Positions 16,344 through 20,000 of a DNA stretch of 20,000 bases are shown here, in pieces. The DNA comes from an uncultured virus (IMG/VR IMGVR_UViG_3300024353_000008) (Duplodnaviria; Heunggongvirae; Uroviricota; Caudoviricetes). The notes beneath the pieces were generated by a model. The model saw only the letters and a program-made list of their open reading frames with translations. It did no database searches and was not told where the DNA came from. Location: IMG/VR virus record IMGVR_UViG_3300024353_000008; one strand, 5' to 3'. The translations under genes and the position numbers were made by a program. Every line of letters starts with the position of its first letter. The stretch's first letter is position 1.

Positions 16344-17515
16344 CCACCACACCAAGCCTCTTCAAAACAATGGGTCTATCGTTCAACTTTGGTCCCTGCA
16401 TCGCCACGACAGCAACCAATCGAGCAGATGGATTCGGTGATCTATCCGACTTGGTATCCAACTACCAACACGAAACATCGTCTATCCACGGATTCGATAG
16501 TGCAGTCCTTACTCTCACCGCACCTTGGTGGAGACTACAAGACTGGTGGCAAAGCGGAATCGGACGAGATATTCTGATTTCCAATCCAGACCTAGACACA
16601 GTTTGGAACGGATTCGCCAATTCTCTCTCTCTGAGCATCGGACCACTCAGCGCAACGCGAGGACCGCTAATCGACATTGCCAACCAAGCCTATACCGTGT
16701 TCTCTCGAATCTTGGACGACACAGTTAACCCACCTATCACCGGAAGCCAAACTCTGACCACAATAGCGCAAGACACCGATAGCATCACCCAGTACGGACA
16801 GTGGGAGAAAGTCCTATCTGGCGGAACGAGTACCCAGACCAAAGCGGAGCAGTACCGAGACACCTACCTTCAAGACACCAGATTCCCAGTCACCTCCGAG
16901 GACTTGAACCTCAGCGCCAACCAGACAGTTCAGCTAACAATCAACTGTCTCGGATACTGGGCGTGGCTACGAGCCTTCGTCTACTCAGACGCCAATGCTG
17001 GCACTCGAACGATCACAGACAAAATCACAGACGTACTCTCAGCAGATACGAACGGTATCTTCTCGACAGACTACTCCTACATCGAGACAAACGCTTTTCT
17101 CGCCTCCCGAGAGGAAAACGACAGTGCATTTGGCGATACCGTTATCGAAGCAGAGGTCAACGTTGGCGACGTAGATAACGACCGCTACACGTTCGGAATC
17201 TACGAGAACCAAATCGCCCGCTACCGAAACATCATCGACCTGCCAACCGCCTACGAGCACTTTATGCACGACGATGCTATCAGAATATCAGAATATGGTG
17301 GCAGGTCGGAAGTGGATTACTGGAACGTCAGAGCAGACGAGTGGATATTCGTGGATTTCGAAGAAGGTGAGCAACCAGATACAGTAGACCGACGAAACGA
17401 CAACCGATTCATCTTCATGGAACGGGTGAGATACAGTATTCCCGATAGTCTCTCCATCAATGGTATGAGAATCAATACACTCGAACAGTTTCTTGCAAAG
17501 GGAGGGAGAGGCTAA
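16340..17515 (+). CDS. Tal/baseplate hub-like minor tail protein
   Basis: Second gene after the tape measure gene, with an ATGA overlap. The DTDSITQYGQWE...AEQYRDTYL motif resembles gp27/gp44-like hub proteins. Confidence 0.68.
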   Translation: MTTTPSLFKTMGLSFNFGPCIATTATNRADGFGDLSDLVSNYQHETSSIHGFDSAVLTLTAPWWRLQDWWQSGIGRDILISNPDLDTVWNGFANSLSLSIGPLSATRGPLIDIANQAYTVFSRILDDTVNPPITGSQTLTTIAQDTDSITQYGQWEKVLSGGTSTQTKAEQYRDTYLQDTRFPVTSEDLNLSANQTVQLTINCLGYWAWLRAFVYSDANAGTRTITDKITDVLSADTNGIFSTDYSYIETNAFLASREENDSAFGDTVIEAEVNVGDVDNDRYTFGIYENQIARYRNIIDLPTAYEHFMHDDAIRISEYGGRSEVDYWNVRADEWIFVDFEEGEQPDTVDRRNDNRFIFMERVRYSIPDSLSINGMRINTLEQFLAKGGRG

Positions 17516-18339
17516 TGCCACAGGGAATAGCACAGATCAGAGATACAAAACAAGTTCGAGGTCTCACAGCAGATTTCCAACCAAAGTGGGACAATGCCTT
17601 TCATTGGTCGCGTACAGTCTCGATTTTGCAAGGACTTCCTGGTTGTCGTGGCGTTTGGGCTATGTCCGGGATAGGAACAGCAGGACAAGCACTTGACCAA
17701 TCCAGTCTAGGCAATCATCTAACACGCAACGGAAACCCTACCGCTGCCTACGAAAACCTGATACCTTATTACGCCTTCGATGGAACTGGTGACTTTCTCG
17801 ACATCTCGGATGCTGCCAGTGGAAATGCCTATGATTTCATCGGCACAGCAGCAGCAGAGCCATATATTGCCAACGCAGCACTCGGAATGTCCCTCTACGT
17901 GTGGGTCAAGTTCGATAATGCACCTGGCGCGAGCGAGGATTTGATCTCAAAATGGGGTGCAGACGGGAATGAGGCATACGAGTTGCGACGACTTCCTGCT
18001 GGTGACATCCAGTTCCGTATCACGAGCGATGGGACAAACGTAGCAGCAACGATTGATAGTGTAGCAACATTTGGTGCAGGCTCATGGCTATGTGCATCGT
18101 GTCGATTCGTGCCTGGAACTGAAGTTGCACTTTTTACCAACGGTGTCAAGGCACAAGTAGCGACAGCAACCGCATCCATATTTAACTCTAGCGCAAACTT
18201 TACACTTGGAGCAAATGGAATAGGAGGACGATTGCTTATAGGACGTGAATCACTCGTGGCTGCTTACGTCGAACAACACAGTGATGGTATAATGCAATCT
18301 GTATTCGAGCACACGAAAGCAATGTTCAATGTGAGATAG
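17515..18339 (+). CDS. LamG/concanavalin A-like lectin domain tail protein
   Basis: YAFDGTGDFLDI, MSLYVWVK, LISKW, VALFTNG and FTLGA motifs. GGGAGAGG RBS. Confidence 0.82.
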   Translation: MPQGIAQIRDTKQVRGLTADFQPKWDNAFHWSRTVSILQGLPGCRGVWAMSGIGTAGQALDQSSLGNHLTRNGNPTAAYENLIPYYAFDGTGDFLDISDAASGNAYDFIGTAAAEPYIANAALGMSLYVWVKFDNAPGASEDLISKWGADGNEAYELRRLPAGDIQFRITSDGTNVAATIDSVATFGAGSWLCASCRFVPGTEVALFTNGVKAQVATATASIFNSSANFTLGANGIGGRLLIGRESLVAAYVEQHSDGIMQSVFEHTKAMFNVR

Positions 18340-18385
18340 TACATACCACCATTTGGTGGACATTATCAACAAAGGAGACAATGAA

Positions 18386-18640
18386 ATGGCTGAAGTGTCG
18401 AATCTGGGACAGCTGATTCTGGACGTGTTTGCAGTCGAGGGAACTATCGACCGTATTCAGCAGGAAGGAACTGCTGCTATCCTCGATGAACGTAACGTTA
18501 CCAACGAGGATCAGCGAGCATGGTTCACTGCTTGTGTGGAATATGCTCCACTTGCTGAGGCAGTGGATGCAGTCTGGGCAGCCTATGAGCAAGGACGGGC
18601 TGCTGACGCGATTCCTGAATCGGAACCATGGCAACCCTGA
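18386..18640 (+). CDS. Hypothetical acidic protein (84 aa)
   Basis: AAAGGAG at 18371-18377 precedes the in-frame ATG at 18386. Confidence 0.7.
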   Translation: MAEVSNLGQLILDVFAVEGTIDRIQQEGTAAILDERNVTNEDQRAWFTACVEYAPLAEAVDAVWAAYEQGRAADAIPESEPWQP

Positions 18641-19116
18641 ATCTGACCAAGAATCCAATCAAGAGTACCATCGTATTCTCCAGCGCAGTGCTTGGGACAG
18701 TTCTATGTGCTCAAGCACTGTCGCTGGTCTTGTTCGGGTTCACATCAGAATGCGGAGTGATCTACATTGCTACAGCAGGAATCATGACTGTTGGATCACT
18801 ACTATGCCTGTTCATCGAAAGATATAATCAAGAAAGAGCGATCACATTCCTATGCTACATGATCTATTTTGGCATCAGTGGAATGGTTGCACTTCATTGC
18901 ACGAGTGAACCAACAGAATTCCCAAAGATCTTATCGGTCTTACTCTGTGGAATTTTAGTCCTGCGCTGGTCCGGCCTCAAACGTCGTGCTGTAGCCTATG
19001 GCTTTCTCTCAGCAATCACGATAGGATTAGCAGCTTGGGCCTGTTCTAGTGCAATAGGAGCTACCGGCGTAGCATTCTCGATACTCTCAACATTTCTTCC
19101 ACGGGATAAGGCATAA
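18628..19116 (+). CDS. Integral membrane protein (about 5-6 hydrophobic helices), possible lysis-cassette component
   Basis: Mostly hydrophobic 162-aa ORF at the end of the late operon. Confidence 0.7.
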   Translation: MATLNLTKNPIKSTIVFSSAVLGTVLCAQALSLVLFGFTSECGVIYIATAGIMTVGSLLCLFIERYNQERAITFLCYMIYFGISGMVALHCTSEPTEFPKILSVLLCGILVLRWSGLKRRAVAYGFLSAITIGLAAWACSSAIGATGVAFSILSTFLPRDKA

Positions 19117-19130
19117 AGAAAGGCCAGCGA

Positions 19131-19367
19131 ATGGGGGCAACCGATTGGGGAGACATTCTACAAACTCTAGTTCTAGCTGCATTGCCTTTCGTTCTCAGCT
19201 ATATCTTTGGCAAATCTGGGAGAAAGAAAGACCACGCTGATGCTACAGCAAGATATGTAGATACACTAATGAAACGAGAGGATGAAGTAGACGACTTACG
19301 AGCACAATTAGACAAAGCTCGTGCAAAGTGCACTTGCGGAGCATTTGACAAAGAGAAGAGTAAGTAG
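19131..19367 (+). CDS. Holin-like small protein (one N-terminal TM helix plus coiled coil)
   Basis: ILQTLVLAALPFVLSYIFG, then basic residues, then a heptad-like EDEVDDLRAQLDKAR. Last gene of the late operon. Confidence 0.55.
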   Translation: MGATDWGDILQTLVLAALPFVLSYIFGKSGRKKDHADATARYVDTLMKREDEVDDLRAQLDKARAKCTCGAFDKEKSK

Positions 19368-19392
19368 TAAGCGAGAGAGAAGGTTGTAACTC

Positions 19393-19417
19393 GTGGCCTA
19401 AAAGGCCGAAAATGAAG
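19393..19417 (+). repeat. Dispersed 25-bp direct repeat, copy 2 (GTGGCCTAAAAGGCCGAAAATGAAG), running into a G8 tract
   Basis: 24/25 identical to 4779-4803; lies in the convergent intergenic region. Confidence 0.9.
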
Positions 19418-19432
19418 GGGGGGGATCTTAGC

Positions 19433-19693
19433 TCATCCTCGAATAAGCACGATCACTAAAACCACATTACTAATCAGAGACCCAATGAGTATCCACCGCA
19501 ATGCACCAAGTATCCACGTCGGCACACCACGACAGGCATTCCATGCAGCAGCTAACCTATCGCCATCAGCATCAGTATCACCATGTGGATCATCACCTTG
19601 GCGTTTGTGGTCAATGCGTGCGACCCATCCGCCAGAGTAACCAAGGCACTTGTGTCCTTGGCTATAAAATAGTCTACCTTTTGTATGCTTCAT
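19433..19693 (-). CDS. Hypothetical phage protein with a C-terminal TM segment
   Basis: GAGGA RBS before the ATG. The MKHTKG...DGDRLAAAWNACRGVPT pattern resembles a common family of small phage early proteins. Confidence 0.75.
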   Translation of the reverse strand: MKHTKGRLFYSQGHKCLGYSGGWVARIDHKRQGDDPHGDTDADGDRLAAAWNACRGVPTWILGALRWILIGSLISNVVLVIVLIRG

Positions 19694-19716
19694 TATTCCT
19701 CATCTTGCTTGCTCTA

Positions 19717-19842
19717 TCATTGCAGCGGACCAAGTGAGCACTGGAATAATTCTCCATCCACGACAACATAGATTCCAGGATGACATTCAGTTGCACAGTC
19801 GAAGGAAAGCACCGGTGCAATGTACGTGCAACCTATGCAGCA
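19717..19842 (-). pseudogene. In-frame continuation of the pentapeptide-repeat gene beyond an amber codon (CCIGCTYIAPVLSFDCATECHPGIYVVVDGELFQCSLGPLQ*)
   Basis: Same frame as 19843-20000, open for 41 codons after the TAG, with no start of its own. Contains a protein-like YxAPxxSxDxxTECHPGIY motif. Confidence 0.55.
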
Positions 19843-20000
19843 CTAAAGACATGTACCGCTCAGGTTGGCCTTGCGCAGGTCGGCCCAGCGCAGGTCGGCC
19901 TCGCTCAGGTTGGCTTCGCTCAGGTCGGCCCAGCGCAGGTTGGCCCCCACCAGGTTGGCCTTGTACAGGTCAGCGCCGCGCAGGTCTGCCTCGTGCAGGT
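19843..20000 (-). CDS. Pentapeptide repeat protein (partial, 5' end outside the window); absent from the ORF track
   Basis: [52 protein letters not shown](D/N)Lxx repeats with 15-nt periodicity. Confidence 0.93.
   Translation of the reverse strand, partial: LHEADLRGADLYKANLVGANLRWADLSEANLSEADLRWADLRKANLSGTCL

Larger units (their letters stand above)
1..20000. mobile_element. Tailed phage/prophage genome segment (late structural module plus the start of an oppositely transcribed module)
   Basis: Canonical siphovirus gene order (adaptor, tail tube, chaperone pair, tape measure, Dit, Tal, lectin protein, holin-like). Genes overlap or abut. No host housekeeping genes. No integrase or att site is visible, so free phage and prophage cannot be distinguished. 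Confidence 0.93.

Noticed and set aside
5552..18339. Contractile tail, tailocin or eCIS locus
   Set aside because: No sheath, LysM, gp25 wedge or stand-alone baseplate J genes; gene order fits a non-contractile tail.
17515..18339. Diversity-generating retroelement target
   Set aside because: No reverse transcriptase, no template/variable repeat pair and no C-type lectin-like end in the window.
19843..19845. Genome-wide TAG reassignment (genetic code 15)
   Set aside because: TAG ends several well-packed genes here (360, 1156, 1798, 7159, 9537, 18339, 19367), and long ORFs are intact under the standard code.
19860..20000. 15-nt periodic CAGGTYGGCC repeats as a CRISPR array or non-coding tandem repeat
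   Set aside because: Fully explained by pentapeptide-repeat coding on the minus strand; there are no unique spacers.

Overview
The window is part of a tailed dsDNA phage or prophage genome, most likely with a long non-contractile tail. Nearly all of it (1-19367) is one tightly packed + strand late gene run. It opens with a glycosyltransferase cluster: a GT2, a TYW3-like 'SCSGH' protein, an unannotated 45-aa basic peptide, and a 1083-aa GT4-GT2-GT2 fusion ending in a Pro-rich linker and tandem helix-hairpin-helix motifs. A strong intrinsic terminator follows. After it come a DUF1360-like membrane protein, a putative head-tail adaptor, a tail tube protein with a beta-propeller extension, tail assembly chaperones joined by a +1/-2 frameshift, a 1200-aa tape measure protein, a modular Dit-like protein, a Tal/hub-like protein, a LamG protein and small membrane (holin-like) genes. 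Convergent minus-strand genes begin at 19433 and include a pentapeptide-repeat gene interrupted by an amber codon. The most interesting signals are: (1) a candidate virion-glycosylation system with an internal in-frame start and a shared HSHPxLR leader; (2) a 24/25-identical repeat 14.6 kb apart; (3) the non-canonical chaperone frameshift. All protein calls come from motif recognition and gene order; no database searches were run.
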